Shown one piece after another: positions 1 through 13,535 of a stretch of 64,000 bases of DNA. The DNA comes from Spironucleus salmonicida (taxonomy: Eukaryota): NCBI RefSeq assembly GCF_000497125.1, contig NC_090597.1:445797-509796 (forward strand). The letters are read 5' to 3'. The notes beneath the pieces are model-generated. The model saw only the letters and a program-made list of their open reading frames with translations, did no database searches and was not told where the DNA came from. A program made the translations under genes and the position numbers. Positions within the stretch are counted from its first letter, which is position 1, and each line of letters opens with the position of its first letter.

Positions 1-1327
1 ACATTATGCTATTATAACATATTTTACAAACCATATCTAGTTAGTGGTATAACTACGAGTACCGGCAACTACTAATTAATTTATTCTTTGAATGAGTACA
101 TTAAAACCTTTATTTTGAGGTGATTATATATATATATATATATATAATATTGAGTACGCTCCGTATTGATCGGATATGCTTAGTAAATATTCCCATAATT
201 ATAATTCTGTATATAAAACTACTGTATAAGAATAAATAGACCTTCAGAAGCTCATGTAAATAAAAGTTCCGGTATCATTGGTCCTGTTATCTGTGGTATC
301 ATCAATATCCGAACGCCATGCTTCTAAATAAATACATTCTTCTATATATTATATTCTTTAGCTGGATAATGCAAAATATATATCGCTTAATAATTCGTTA
401 ATTTTAAAATAAAATGATTGGACCATTTACCGCTATTTTCAACCTACATAAGATTGTAAAATCTCAATGCATCTCTTTTAAAAATATGTATTCTTTGTAT
501 TTCGTTGCATTTTAACACTACTTTTAAACATTATAAGGCCTCAATTAATACCAATTTTTATTTCATATAGCTTAAGGTTGAAAAAGAGTTCTCACACAAC
601 AAATATCACATTGGACATTATACTATTATGACATGCTATCAATACCGGCTTAATACGCGGTATATTTATTTTGAATGCCTCGCCAAGAAGGAGTCACCGA
701 TATTTAACTATTTTACATTTATTTATTATTTCTGTATATACCATATAATAATGAAATAATCAAAAAAATTTAATAAAATTAATAACAAAAAATATAATCA
801 TAACTAACTTTATTACATCAGAAAAACGTTTAAATTAACCTTGAATATATATTTATTGAAGCATAGCAATAATAATATTCAAATTAACTTCTGCCAACAG
901 GCAAATTGACAATAACAAAACAAGGATATAATTTAGACAAATAATCTTAGCAATTTTATTTGATTCAACACTTACCAGAATAAGTTCCTATGAAATTAAA
1001 TATATTTCCATCTGATATTATCTTATTATTATTAAATATAGTAAATTTTACCATAAATAAATGTTATATCCTAAAATTCTACTACTAGTTAGATAAGAAT
1101 ATATTTAAGCCTAAAATAATTTATTCGTATATAATAACTATCTAAAGTAATTGAAATAATAATATGAATGATTATCATTATTTTCTCTAATATTAAATTA
1201 AAGCTACGCTCATTATGAGTTTTCAAATTAATCATTTTTTATACAATCAAACTCATATTCTACTTTTATAGTTGTTGTAAAATTTTAGTACGATTAATAT
1301 ATCAAATATACAATAGTATCATTCGCC

Positions 1328-4300
1328 TCAAATGTCAGTATTATACTCGTTCGCGCTCATGCTCTCGTTGAGCTCCTGCGCCTCCTGCTCCAGGGCCATG
1401 AACCTTCTCTCGCTCTTCTTCCTCAAATACCTGATCACGAACACGACGATCGTGATGACGAGCGCAAGTGCGATGACTACGCCGATAACGACGAAAATGG
1501 CCACCGAGCCCTGAAGGTCGCTCACGCAAGACTCACCGTCGAACGTGAACCCGTTCTCGCAGCGCTTGCAGCGGCTTCTGATGGTGAGCCCGCCCAGGCA
1601 CTGCCTGCAGTCCTGCTGGATGTCGAATCCGGGGTGGCAGGAATCGCAGAAACCGGTTTGGGCGTTCGGCCTGTAGCCGTATTTGCAGGCACTGCAGGCG
1701 GACTCCTCAGAAAAGCCGGTCTTGCAGTTGAGACAGTTCGACTTGATGTCAAACTGGTTCAGGCAGTCCGAGCAGCCTTTCGCGGGATCGTAGTTCGTGG
1801 GGCACCGGCATATGAACTTTTTCACACCACGGTCGAACAGGCAGCTGGACTCGGGACAGCTCGCGGTACAAGTGCTAGGAGCGCAAATGAAGGTCTCGTC
1901 CGGATACGTATAAAGGATAAAGTTAGCCTTGCAGTTTAAACAAAACTTATCCATATTTTCAGCTTTGCACGAACATTTTGGGGAGAGGACGCCGGCCAAG
2001 GCTAAAATGGGGTCGTTAATACAGGAACCGCGCCCACTGCATTCAGTTGTCGCTATAGCAACGTCACAGAGATTCTTGGACTTCGGCTTTTCTTTAGTCG
2101 TGTCGCAATCCCTGCAGTTTTTGGGAATGCAGCGAATAGGATTGGGTTTTCCTTCTGGTCCTAAAGACGGAATGGTTTTACCACAGTCTTTGCATTTTAA
2201 TGTGGGCTCAAGCCAGCCTTTGCATTAGCAAGTCCAGGAAAACAGCGGTTTTGCACAGTTACCTTGCGCATTGCATACAGTACCTGAGTCGATACAATTT
2301 GCAGAGAAACACTCAGCTCCGACCTTGCTAAACTTATTTGCACAGTCTACGCATTGTGAGCCGGAATATCCAGTGGAGCAGACGCATTTGTTATTGGTGC
2401 AATCTCCATGGTTGTTGCAAATCATAGAGCCGTTCAGGCAAGCGGTTGAGACGCATACGCCGTTTACCAGAGTGAACCCAGTGGCGCAAGTTCCCGTTTT
2501 GCACTTTTATGCTGGATCTTGGTTGCCGGAGCAAGCGCAGGTGCTATCTTTGCAGGTCCCGTTCCCGCCGCAAATTAATTTATCGTCGCCAACGCAGGCA
2601 TTTGCTATACATTTTTAATCTACCAAAGTGAAGTTCGTGAGACAAGTCGTGCAGTCATTGTTGAAGTTTTCTTTGCACTTACAGGCTTTCGTAGTTAAAT
2701 CGCAGGTCCCGTTGTTGGCACAAATAACACCGTCCTTGAGGCAGTCGCTGGCCGTACAAACGTTCTTATCGCCAATTTTGATCATCTGTAGATCGCCTTC
2801 ACAGGCATCACATTTAGGCTAAAAGCCAGGACTGCACTCGCAGGCGTCATTCTTGCAGATCCCGTTTCCGTTGCAAATCACGCCAGAGTCAATGCAAGCA
2901 GTGGCAACGCAGTCTTCATTTATTAACTATTTATTTGCAGCACACGCGGAACATTGTTAGGCGGGGTCCAAATTATTTGTGCAGACGCATATATTTTTCG
3001 TGCAGGTCCCGGTCCCACCGCAAATTAATTTATCTTCACCAATGCAGGCATTTGCTATACATTTTCCACCTGACAAAGTGAAGTTCTCAAGACAAGCCGC
3101 ACAGTCCGTGCCAAAGTTTTCGTTGCACTAGCAGACATCATTCTTGCAGGTCCCGTTTCCGCTGCAAATCTTGCCAGAGATAATACAGGTAGTGGCAACG
3201 CAGTCTTCATTTATCAACTCTTTCCCTGCAACACACGCGGAACATTGTTAGGCGGGGTCCAAATTATTTGTGCAGACGCATATATTTTTCGTGCAGGTAC
3301 CCTTGTTGCTGCAAGCTGTTTTACCTGAAACGCAAGGAGTGGGAACACAAGTTCCATCCAATAACGTGTTTTCGGCCATACATTTAGAGCACTGATTCTC
3401 AGGATCAAAATTGTTCTCGCACTTGCATTTATCTTAAGAGCAGGTACCATTACCGCTACAAATATTTTTCCCCGTTATACAAGAATTAGATACACAAACT
3501 CCGTCAAAAACGTTGGAACCGTCTTAACATGACGTACAATTAGTTGCTGAATCAAAGTTTTTTTAACACGAGCATTTATCTCTAGAGCAGGAGCCATTAT
3601 TGTTGCATATTGTGTTATTTACGACACAACCAGCCATCTAGCAGGTCTTGACGCCGTCTTAGTCTATTTCAGCATAGCCTTCCACACATTCAGAGCACTA
3701 TTTTGCCGGGTCGTACTTTTCTCTGCAGACACATTTTTTGTTCGCCTCGCAGTGCCCGTCGTTGTTGCATACCTTTTCGCCATTTACGCAGTTGTTGTTG
3801 ATACAATAGTTAGCTAATTTCGTATACTCGGTATCGCAATTTTAGCATTAGCTGGCACTGTCATAGCCCTCAAAACACTGGCAAGTTCCATCAACACAGG
3901 ATCCTATATTGGCGCAAATCCCACCATCGGCGCTAAGACAGGTCTCCTTTGTGCATATTTATTTTCCTTAAATTTCGGCAATTATATCACCTTCAACGCA
4001 TTGTGAGCATTTTGACTCAGGGTCAAAATTGTTGGCGCAGGAGCAAACATTATTAGTACAGCTTCCGTTGCCAGAGCATATTTTCCCATCAATAAGGCAT
4101 TCCGTGTGCGAGCATACACCATCCACTGGTTATAGGCCATCAGCACAAGCAGAACATTATGAAGCTGGATCTAAATTCTTGTCACAGTGGCAAGACGTGA
4201 CACCGGTCTTATTTGTAAGACAAAGTCCTTATTTTGAGCATACATTATTAGTAGAATCTATGCATATCTTAGGATAGCATTAATCGAATCCTTCTTTGTC

Positions 4301-4339
4301 TACAGCTTATACGTAATCTGTTGGACACACTGTAGTCAT
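1328..4339 (-). CDS. Cysteine-rich membrane protein (EGF-like/CxC-CxxC modules, C-terminal TM), 1003 aa with TAR=Gln
   Basis: ATG at 4339 (MTTVCPTDYVQAVDKEG) is in frame with the track fragments through to TGA at 1328 (3012 nt). It has repeated C-x-C/CxxC modules, a C-terminal TM (VAIFVVIGVVIALALVITIVVFVI) and a basic tail YLRKK. Paralog of 32992-36297. Confidence 0.9.
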
Positions 4340-6869
4340 TTTACTAAGAAGTATAATAAAGATTTGATATAATATATATAATATTACTAAATACAGAAAA
4401 TTAGTGTTAGATATGTACTTATATTATATAAAAATAATAGTATTAGTAATATCAAAAACAGGGTTTTTCATCCATTATTTATATTTCTACATAATATTCT
4501 AATAATTCCTTGCATACAATTTTAATGTTAAATCTAAAATATATGATTGACCTTCTATTATATTAATAAATTAGAAATTCATATTTACTATGCTCTAGGA
4601 TATCATATCTAAAAATTCGTATACTTCTTTGTCAACAATCCACATTACATATTTTGTAAAATGTTCAATATTAATCAGACTACTGCCATAAATTCATGCA
4701 ATTTTCTAAAAATAGAGCAACTTTACATGATCTAAGATAACATTAATATTATTTCGTACATCAATATCTATTTAATGTGATATTTTGTATTAAAAATAAC
4801 CCTATTCAATTTCTAATATATAAAAATCAGCATATTTAATTATACAATAATTCAGCCTTTTGAAGTTTAAGTATAGTAATAGTAGAATATGTTTTCAATA
4901 AGATATAAATATAAGCTTTAATAATACGATTAAATCAATTGATACTTTTATTGATGCAAATAACGATTTTTTAACATCACAGTGTAGTATTAGTAATTCC
5001 TACTATGAGAAACCATAGAATATATAATAATTTATAGTTCAATAATTTCCATTACCTGAAAATATATGAAATTTGTATTTATACAAAAGTTTATGATTTA
5101 CATGAAAAAGCCAATTATTAGTTAAAATAATTCATTTAAATTTTGATCATATACTTTTATCTTGCTGAATTAATATCAAATCCTAAATAATACACTTAGC
5201 ATTAGTTATTATTATTCAATGTAACTAAAATTGAACTGTATAATAATCAGTATTATAATTTTTAATTCAATATCGTGACATAAAAGTTAAATAAATAATT
5301 AAATTACTAATTTGCTTAGTTTTATATTTAAGATACGTTCGTTCAAGTTGGCTAAACATAATATTAAAAGTATATATTTTACGAAGAACAAATTATATTC
5401 GTAGCTTCTCTTGTCTCAATATTTTAATGAAGATATCATAACTTAATTTAGTATATACTCTATGATGTGATCTAAAAAATAAGCTTTATACTAATATTTC
5501 AGACTTTATAATAGCTACTATTCTTTCTCCTTTATATTATGCAATTTTTGCAATATAAAAGTTTGCCACTCAAATACTGATTTAATAGATATAGTATAAT
5601 TAAAATTAGTTTGTTCTTGAAAATATAAAATTTCTGCTACATTGTATCAAGTAAATTTATATTATTTTAATAATATTTGCTAGGTTATTATTGAGTAATA
5701 TTTGATATATTAATAATTTACCTCTTATCAGACAATTATTATTTGTATTATTATTTTAATTATTATTTCATTCTTACAGGGAAATTTTGTTATAAAGTAT
5801 AAAGCGAAAATTATAATCATTGTATATAATATATATGTGTTTATAATTAAGAAAATATAGATAATAATTATAAAGATATTTATCTACTGAAACGGATAAC
5901 CATATGTATGAACTTTCTAACCTTTACTTTGTATAATATTATACTTTTATTAAAATATGATGAAGCAAGTAATATTACTACATCTTATGAACCATGTTTT
6001 AATATGTAAAAAAGTATTTATTGAAGCGTTCAGAGATTTATATTATAATATTGGTACGTTAGTGCACAGCTAAGCAATTGATTTATATAAATTTAGTGTA
6101 CACCAATGTTTACTCAATTAACAATAATAATATAATCAACTTACTAATTATGTAGCTATTTATGCATAACTAAGTAAATAATATATATAAAACACTTTGA
6201 TGTCCATTTGCGTTTTCGTTAAATTTTAAAGGTAATTCATTCGTTCAGTGTACAGTAATATTGTAATACAGATAATCATTAATGATTTTTAACACGTATA
6301 CTATTTACTAACGTATAATTCTAGCTATAACAGATAATTTTTTACTATTAAATTTTATTCCATCTTAATAAAACTTTAGATAAAATATTGAAATATTAGA
6401 CTTGACTACTAATATTTAGTAAATTATTCAAATAATCATAAATATATAGTTAATAAAGATTAAATGGTTTTATAATAGTTATGAATTATAAACTTAGTAA
6501 AACAAAGATATGTACTATTTTATTACTAAATTAAATATATTTATTATAAATATATTACCAAAAATTTATAGAATAAGTAAAATATCTATTTTTACAAATT
6601 ATAACTGCCTAAATTTCTAGATATACATTATATTATAATAATTCTACTAAACTTTTATAACATGTATAATATTAATAATATTCAATTTATCACTTTTAAT
6701 AAATATTACCATACGAAACATATTAATAAATTATTAAATTAATATCTATGAAATGTCATATATTATAAACTTATTTATACTTTATAAATAACACTGGAAA
6801 TAATTCGATATAAAATTAAAAATATTAGGTTATAATTCCATAAAAATTTATAGTGAATGATGTTTATAG

Positions 6870-7285
6870 TAAAAACTGGATATTTATATAAACTATTTTT
6901 TGAAAAGTGTGGAAATAGAAACTAGTTTTTATAACATAATAACACATATTATATCATAATAACATATTTTAATAACATAAAAACTAGTTTATAGCCATAA
7001 TTTCATATTTTTAAACCGTAAAAATTACTTTTCCCCCATAATAACACATTTTAACATCACATTTTGGCAATTTTAACACCACAAAAAATCATTTTTTCAC
7101 CACAATAATATATTTTCACCATACTATCACATTTTATCACCGTAAAAACTAGTTTTTCGCCAAAATAACATTTTTTAATTATCAATTTTATCACCATAAT
7201 ATCACATTTAAACACCACAATATCACATTTTCTCACCCAAAAACTAATTTTCAGCACATTATATCACCATATTTCAATAACACCA
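6870..7285. repeat. Degenerate ~21-bp minisatellite upstream of a CRMP gene
   Basis: Recurring variants of CCATAATATCACATTTTATCA and AAAAACTAGTTTT at about 21-bp spacing, ending just before a C-rich tract and the ATG at 7304. Confidence 0.55.
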
Positions 7286-7303
7286 ACTACCCCCCTTCAC
7301 ATT

Positions 7304-10300
7304 ATGCCCAAACCCGCTAATTACTACGGAAATTGTGCCAGAAACCTCAATCTACTCCTGCACTCCCTAGATTGCGCCAATAACTCGTACTGCCCCCTCC
7401 CGAACTTTAAAGACGACGTGATGTGCAGGCCTTGCCACGCCAACATGCTGCCCGGAAAAAGCTGCAATTGCCTCGACAATTTGAGGGAAAACTGCGCTAA
7501 TTGCGCCGGAATTTACTGCGAAAAGTGCATTTCAGGCCACGTTTTAAGGAACGGCAAATGCGTTCTTTCCCAAGAAAGCTGCAGCAGCGATTCTGCAAAT
7601 TGCGCGCATTCGAAATTTTGCCCGGCGCAATCTGGCTCAAAATGCCAAGATTGCTCAGGAATAACGATTTCGCAGGAATGCAACTGCGCTGGGTCGATTT
7701 TGCGGGGATGCGAAATCTGCGACGTCGAATTCTGCGCGAAATGCGCCGGAAACTTGATTTTGCTGAACGGAAAATGCGTCGAAAACGTCCAAAATGCCGT
7801 TTGCAGCGCTAGTTTGGACTGCGCTTTAGGGCACGTTTGCCGCGAAGGAAAATGCCACAGTTGCAGCACGGCGACCGAGTCCGGTTTTGAGTGCCATTGC
7901 GAGGGAAATGAGGCCATTTACGGCTGCACGGTTTGCGACGTCGGCGGCAGCGGCTGCAGGGCCTGCGTGGGAAAATTAGTCTATGGGAGCATTTTCAAAA
8001 GTGACACAAAGGAGTGCCAGAATGCTAGAACATGCTTCGACTTTTATGGAAACGGGCCCACTAGCAGCAACTGCACAAAAAATTTTTACTGCGATGAAAA
8101 ATAAGAAATTTGCAGGACTTGCGATACGATGTATCTCAGCGAAGGCTGCTTCTGCAACCCACATCGAAAGCTATATAATTGCATTAGGTGCTTTTATGAG
8201 GAATGCGGGGTTTGCGGGTACGGATTTTACCTGTCTGAAATCAGCACTGGGACCAACTGCATAGCTAACTATTGCACGAACGAGACGAGCTTGTGCTTGA
8301 ATAATTATGCCTGCCCGGCGTGGACGCAGGGAATGGCGGCTTGTGAGGCCTGCGAGGTTGGTTAAACGGTACCGTGCTAGTGCTTTTACCTGTAAAACTG
8401 CGAGACGTGCGATCTTAATGCCAAGACGTGCAAAACCTGTCTTCCCGGCTTCGATTTCAACAAAGAAAGGCGCTGCGTGGCGAAGTCGAACGTTTGCAGC
8501 CCCTTAAAGGAGTCCTTTACATGTACTGTAGGGTTTATGTGCAATGGAGATCCTGGAGATGATTGTTAGGAATGCGCGAGTATTGCAGAGGGCCAGTTTT
8601 GCAATTGCGACTTGACGCTCCAAGAAAACTGCAAGAAATGCAACGGGACCTAATGCGAAGTTTGCATTGATAAATATCTGGCTATCGAGGGGGTTTGCGT
8701 ACCCAATATGTGCGGAGAGCCCAAAAACACGCAAAACTGCATTGACGGGTACTACTGTCCGAACAGCGCGGCATCGGGAACCGAGGTTTGTAAGAAATGT
8801 CATGATTAGCAGCAGGAATGCAAGTGCGGGCTTCTCCCCAGCTGTTAAACGTGTGGTTCTATAGCTAATACTTGCGGGTCCTGCTTCTCTGGCTATGATT
8901 TGTAATCTAGTAACAAACAATGCGTTTTGAAGGGCGATATCTGCGACTTCGCCCACGGCTCCACGCTTTGCACGACGGGAAAGTTCTGCAAAGATTAATT
9001 CGGAGACGCGTGCGTATCTTGTGATTCAATGGGCAAAGGTAAGGCCTGTAAATGCGGAAGCGCGCTGTTCCAAAATTGTAAGTAATGTAATTCGGAGAAT
9101 AGTGGCTGCGAGGCCTGCATTGACGGCTACTTTCCGTACAACAACATCTGCGTCACAAACACCTGCAATTCTGGTGGGCCCTCAAGCACCTGTGCATTGG
9201 GAAATTACTGCCCTGATGGGAGCAGCGGCACGGTTAACTGCTAGCTATGCACATAATCATCATCTAACGCCTGCTAATGCGGGGCCAACTTCTGCCAAAC
9301 CTGCGGTATCACCAGTAACTCCTGTGGTTCATGCATTGCCGGATACGAATTAGATGCGAAGAATTAATGTACTCTGAAGGGAAATATATGCGATTCGAAT
9401 GGTAAATCAACATTGTGTAATGACGACTTTTACTGTAATGATAGTTTTGGAGCAATTTGCGTCAGCTGTGGATAGATCAAGATACACGAATCCTGCCACT
9501 GCAGCGGGGACGACATCAAGAACTGTAACAAATGCAGCAGTGGAAGCTGCACGAGCTGCCTTACCGGGTTTGAGCTGCTACATGGGGCCTGCGCCGAAAA
9601 TAACTGCGGGGATGATCTTTCGGCGACCAAATGCCTTCCCCAACACCACTGTCCGCCTGACTCGGCAGCAAACGCAAAGTGCGAGCCATGCTCAATTGCG
9701 GTAGACGCAGCGTGCAACTGCGGAACGGCAGATAACTGTAAAACCTGCGGAATTCTATCCAACACTTGCCAGACGTGCACGAGCGGCCATGTATTCAATC
9801 CTTCCACTTTGTAATGCGCTAAAATCACCAATGAAACTAAAAATATATGCGACCAAGATAACAAGTCTTCGAGGTGCAACAACTCGTTCTTCTGCAATGG
9901 CTAGTTCGGCGAGGTCTGCCTTCCCTGCAACCAGCTGACGAGTGGGAAGTCGTGCAACTGCGACGGAACCATGCGCGAAAACTGCATTTTCTGCGAAGAT
10001 AAGCTGTGCAAGCTCTGCATTGCTGGGCTGGACCTCCTCAAGGGCGAGTGCAAGCCTAACAAATGCGGGCCAGCAAACTCCTGCTTCAACGGCTTCTTCT
10101 GTCCTTCTAATGATGCAGAAGCCAGCTGCGAGCTCTGCACCACCTCATCGGCTAAGGAATGCAAATGCTCGGAGGCCAAAAACTGCCAGACCTGCTCGGC
10201 GTACCAAGACAGCTGCCAGACCTGCCTGGAGGGCTTTCTGCTCGTGAACGGCTTCTGCCAACCCAAAGTCAGCTGCCTTGACACCTCTGACTGCCCAGTA

Positions 10301-11263
10301 AACTAGTACTGCGACGAGACTGCCAGCGAGTGCAACGTCTGCGGAAAATAGGACAAAGCCTGCAACTGCGGCGACTCGATAAACTGTGTCGCGTGCAGTG
10401 CTGCCGGAACCTGCTCCAGCTGCCTGCCGGGGTACGGGCCCGACTCTCAGAACTCCTGCTCGGTGCCGATTTGCAGCATCAATGTTCCGGCGGGGCACTA
10501 CTGCAGCGGCCCCAATGATACGAAAGAATGCCCTGCGGTCCAAAACCAGTGCAACTGCGGCAGCGCGTAGAACTGCGCCACCTGCACCGCGGACAACAAG
10601 GGCTGCGCCACCTGCATGGCGGGGTCGGTGATGATCAACAAGCAGTGCATGGTGAGCCCTCCAGGCTTCACAGGGGTCTGCGAGAACACCCAGGACTCGT
10701 CCTTCTGCCTCACCGGGCATGCTTGTATTTTGCCACCTTCCTGCTCTCTGTGCGAGCATGTATCCACAGGCTATTTCTGCAACTGCGAGGGGAACCAGTT
10801 CGACACCTGCACGAGCTGCGACGGGAACAAGTGCGCAGGCTGCTTTACCGGATACGTACTGGTCGATCAGGTCTGCAAGGTGATGTGCAAGACGGACGAT
10901 AACTGCTTGGTAGGTGAAATGTGCGGTGCCTCCCAGTCCTGCGAGCCTTGCAACGGCGGGAAGTCGTGCAACTGCGCCGGCATGTTAAACTGCGCAAACT
11001 GCAACGGCACGAAATGCTTCGCCTGCACCCCGGAGTGGAAGTTGAGCACGGCAAATTAATGCGACTCCTGCGCCGAGGGGTTTGAAATGGTCGAACACAC
11101 CTGCGTCCCGATAGAAGAATAGCGCAATGAGTCGCTGTTCATAGCGAACATAGCCGGTATGGTGGTAGCTGCGGTGGCCGCGGTAGGCATAATAGCCGGT
11201 GTGTCCATATTTTACGCCAAGCGCCCTAAGAAATACAGCTTCCAGCACAGTATGGGAAAGTGA
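7304..11263 (+). CDS. Cysteine-rich membrane protein, 1319 aa
   Basis: Track fragments at 7304, 8129, 9971 and 10616 share one frame and join via TAA/TAG=Gln. It is CxC/CxxC rich, has a C-terminal TM (IANIAGMVVAAVAAVGIIAGVSIFYA) and tail KRPKK, and stops at AAG-TGA 11261-11263. Confidence 0.9.
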
Positions 11264-12216
11264 GAGGTTTAATATTTATTTTGTGAAATGCTATATTTAT
11301 TCACTATTTTGCTCACTATCAATGGTTTATTTTATCTTAAATGCTAATAGGCAAGTATGTTTATCAGAACAGAGTAAAGTGAAACTTTAGATAATAGGAA
11401 CCACGTAATCTACTTTTACATCAGTAAGCATTCTGTAATTGTTATGACGTATAAGTTTACATCAAATGTTATAGTTTTAAGCAAATTTTGATATAAATTT
11501 TTACTGTGGAAGCTTTAATTTAATACACTATTTATTGAAAGACAGTTAACAATAATAATATTATTTTAATACCTAGCTTTATTATTTTACGCCTATTAAT
11601 CGCTTATTTCCTATAACTTAAGCATTCTAGATAGCTTAAGTAAAAATATTCAAAATATTTTAAGTAAGAGTGCCTAAAGTTAAGTTAAATAATAAGTTAA
11701 TTTAATTCGAACTTATTAACAGTAGACGCTATACCAATAATTTCATAGTTAAATTATTGTTATTTCTTATAAATTTATGCAAACAGTAAGTAGTAGTTTG
11801 TTATCAAGACTAGTTTAGTGATTTACGGTAACTAGTAGTATTTATACAAATACATTCACCACTTAGGCGAAATACGGTCCAGTAGCGTCTTAGTGGTAAT
11901 TTGTTGTTAATATAACCCAATATTAAATCAAACTACCCTCGATGAAATAAATCATCTACAGGTTTCCATGTTCGTATTTTAGAAAAGTATCAATACATAT
12001 TATAATTGTATTTAGCAAAGTAAACACTTTTAGGGAAATGCCTAGATCCAGCGTAATCAGCTTTTGTGTATGGCGATCTCCTTATGCAAGGAATAGGTGT
12101 CTATGGCTAGTTTAAGTAATTTATGAAGCATGATACTTTCTGCATAATTTTCATATAGAGCTAAGTACGTTCTAGGGTAATAAGGAAATATTATATAGTT
12201 GCGGAAATACCACATC

Positions 12217-12322
12217 AGTACGATGGTGCAGTGGGAGCATTCTTGCAATTTAACATTTCAATGTGATCATTCATATGACAGATAGTTATTAAGAGACCTG
12301 GGTTCGATTCCTAGTCGTGCTA
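12217..12322 (+). tRNA. tRNA gene with ~34-35 nt intron/insertion in the anticodon loop; anticodon uncertain (possibly TTA, i.e. a Gln UAA decoder)
   Basis: Acceptor AGTACGA/TCGTGCT, T8-G9, D-arm GTGC-AGTGGGA-GCAT, anticodon stem CTTG(C)A/TTAAG, variable loop AGAC, T-arm CTGGG-TTCGATT-CCTAG, discriminator A, and a T-run shortly downstream. Confidence 0.7.
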
Positions 12323-12831
12323 ACTTATTTATTAATTACGTCAAGGTACGCAATTTCCATATTATGATTATAGCTTGTATGCAGCATTTACTATATGCGT
12401 CCTGTATATTATAATAAAGCGCATCTAGCCCAATCCTCGTATAAGCCATATCCTAAAATTAAGATATTTATCACATTATATGTATCTGACTGTTTATGGA
12501 AACTTACTGCACAATGGTCATACTCACATCCGTTTATGAGAATGGGCCAAAAATTGAAGTTAAAAGTATTAATTTAGCAGCAGCATTTACAATTATACAA
12601 CCCAGTAGTCACCTACTAACATCCTCTGAAACTAATCATTTTTCAGTACAATGGCTAATGACAATCACAAGATAATGCTTATAACTCTCGCGACTAGAAT
12701 ACATGAAGGTTGTGAAAGTTTTACTTAAACTCTCAGTAAAGCATTTTCCTTAACCTCTCCTATATAATACCATCCGATATCTACCTCAAAAGCTTTAACG
12801 CCAATAGCATTTAAAATAGGTAAAATGTCAC

Positions 12832-13470
12832 TCAAAATAACTAGCCGCTCGAGTCCTTGCTCTGGCCTAAAATGTTTGCACCATAATCGCGATTAACATG
12901 GAATCTCCGTTTCCTAGCGACGATTACAAATACCTCATCCCCGAATATTAAAGCTATCCCACCTAAGATTCCCATGACGATGCAAATAATCGTATTTGAC
13001 GAAATTTTTTCCACGCAGAGCCGGGGATTGCCAGCACAACTACTATATTCTCCTTTTTCAGCACATGACCATTATGCCATGCTCAGCATAAATTTTCTTA
13101 GCCGCAGTTGCTCAGCTAATTTATTTGGCCCCGCAATCACACTTTTCGCCCTCTACCAGTCCTGCACAGCTGACGCAAGCACCCCACACACGCTATTTCC
13201 AACTGCGCACTAAACGCATTTCTCTTTTTCGCACATCCTACAAGACTTCATCGCCATTCCACCGCACTTGCACTCCTAATTTTAAATTTTACCGCCAGAA
13301 CGCACTCTTAAATTACCCAAACACTCACAACGACCTATACCTCTCAATATCGCAGTCCCGGCAACCCTCAATCTAGCCCACAAACTGCCCCGCACTACTC
13401 TATTCCACTGCTTATTCCCCACAAATCACATTACCGCACGAATTTTCACCCCAAAGCCCCCAAAATCCGT
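12832..13470 (-). pseudogene. Degenerate CRMP pseudogene (C-terminal fragment)
   Basis: Cys-rich fragments lie in different minus frames (QECKCGGMAMKSCRMCEKEKCVQCAVG; GACVSCAGLVEGEKCDCGAK*; IEGCRDCD). A decayed TM plus basic tail (TIICIVMGILGGIALIFGDEVFVIVARKRR) ends at TGA 12832. Confidence 0.65.
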
Positions 13471-13535
13471 TCCTTCGCACACGGGCCCGAAATTCGCGCA
13501 AAATCAGCCGCCCAGACCCCCAAAAGCGAAATTCC

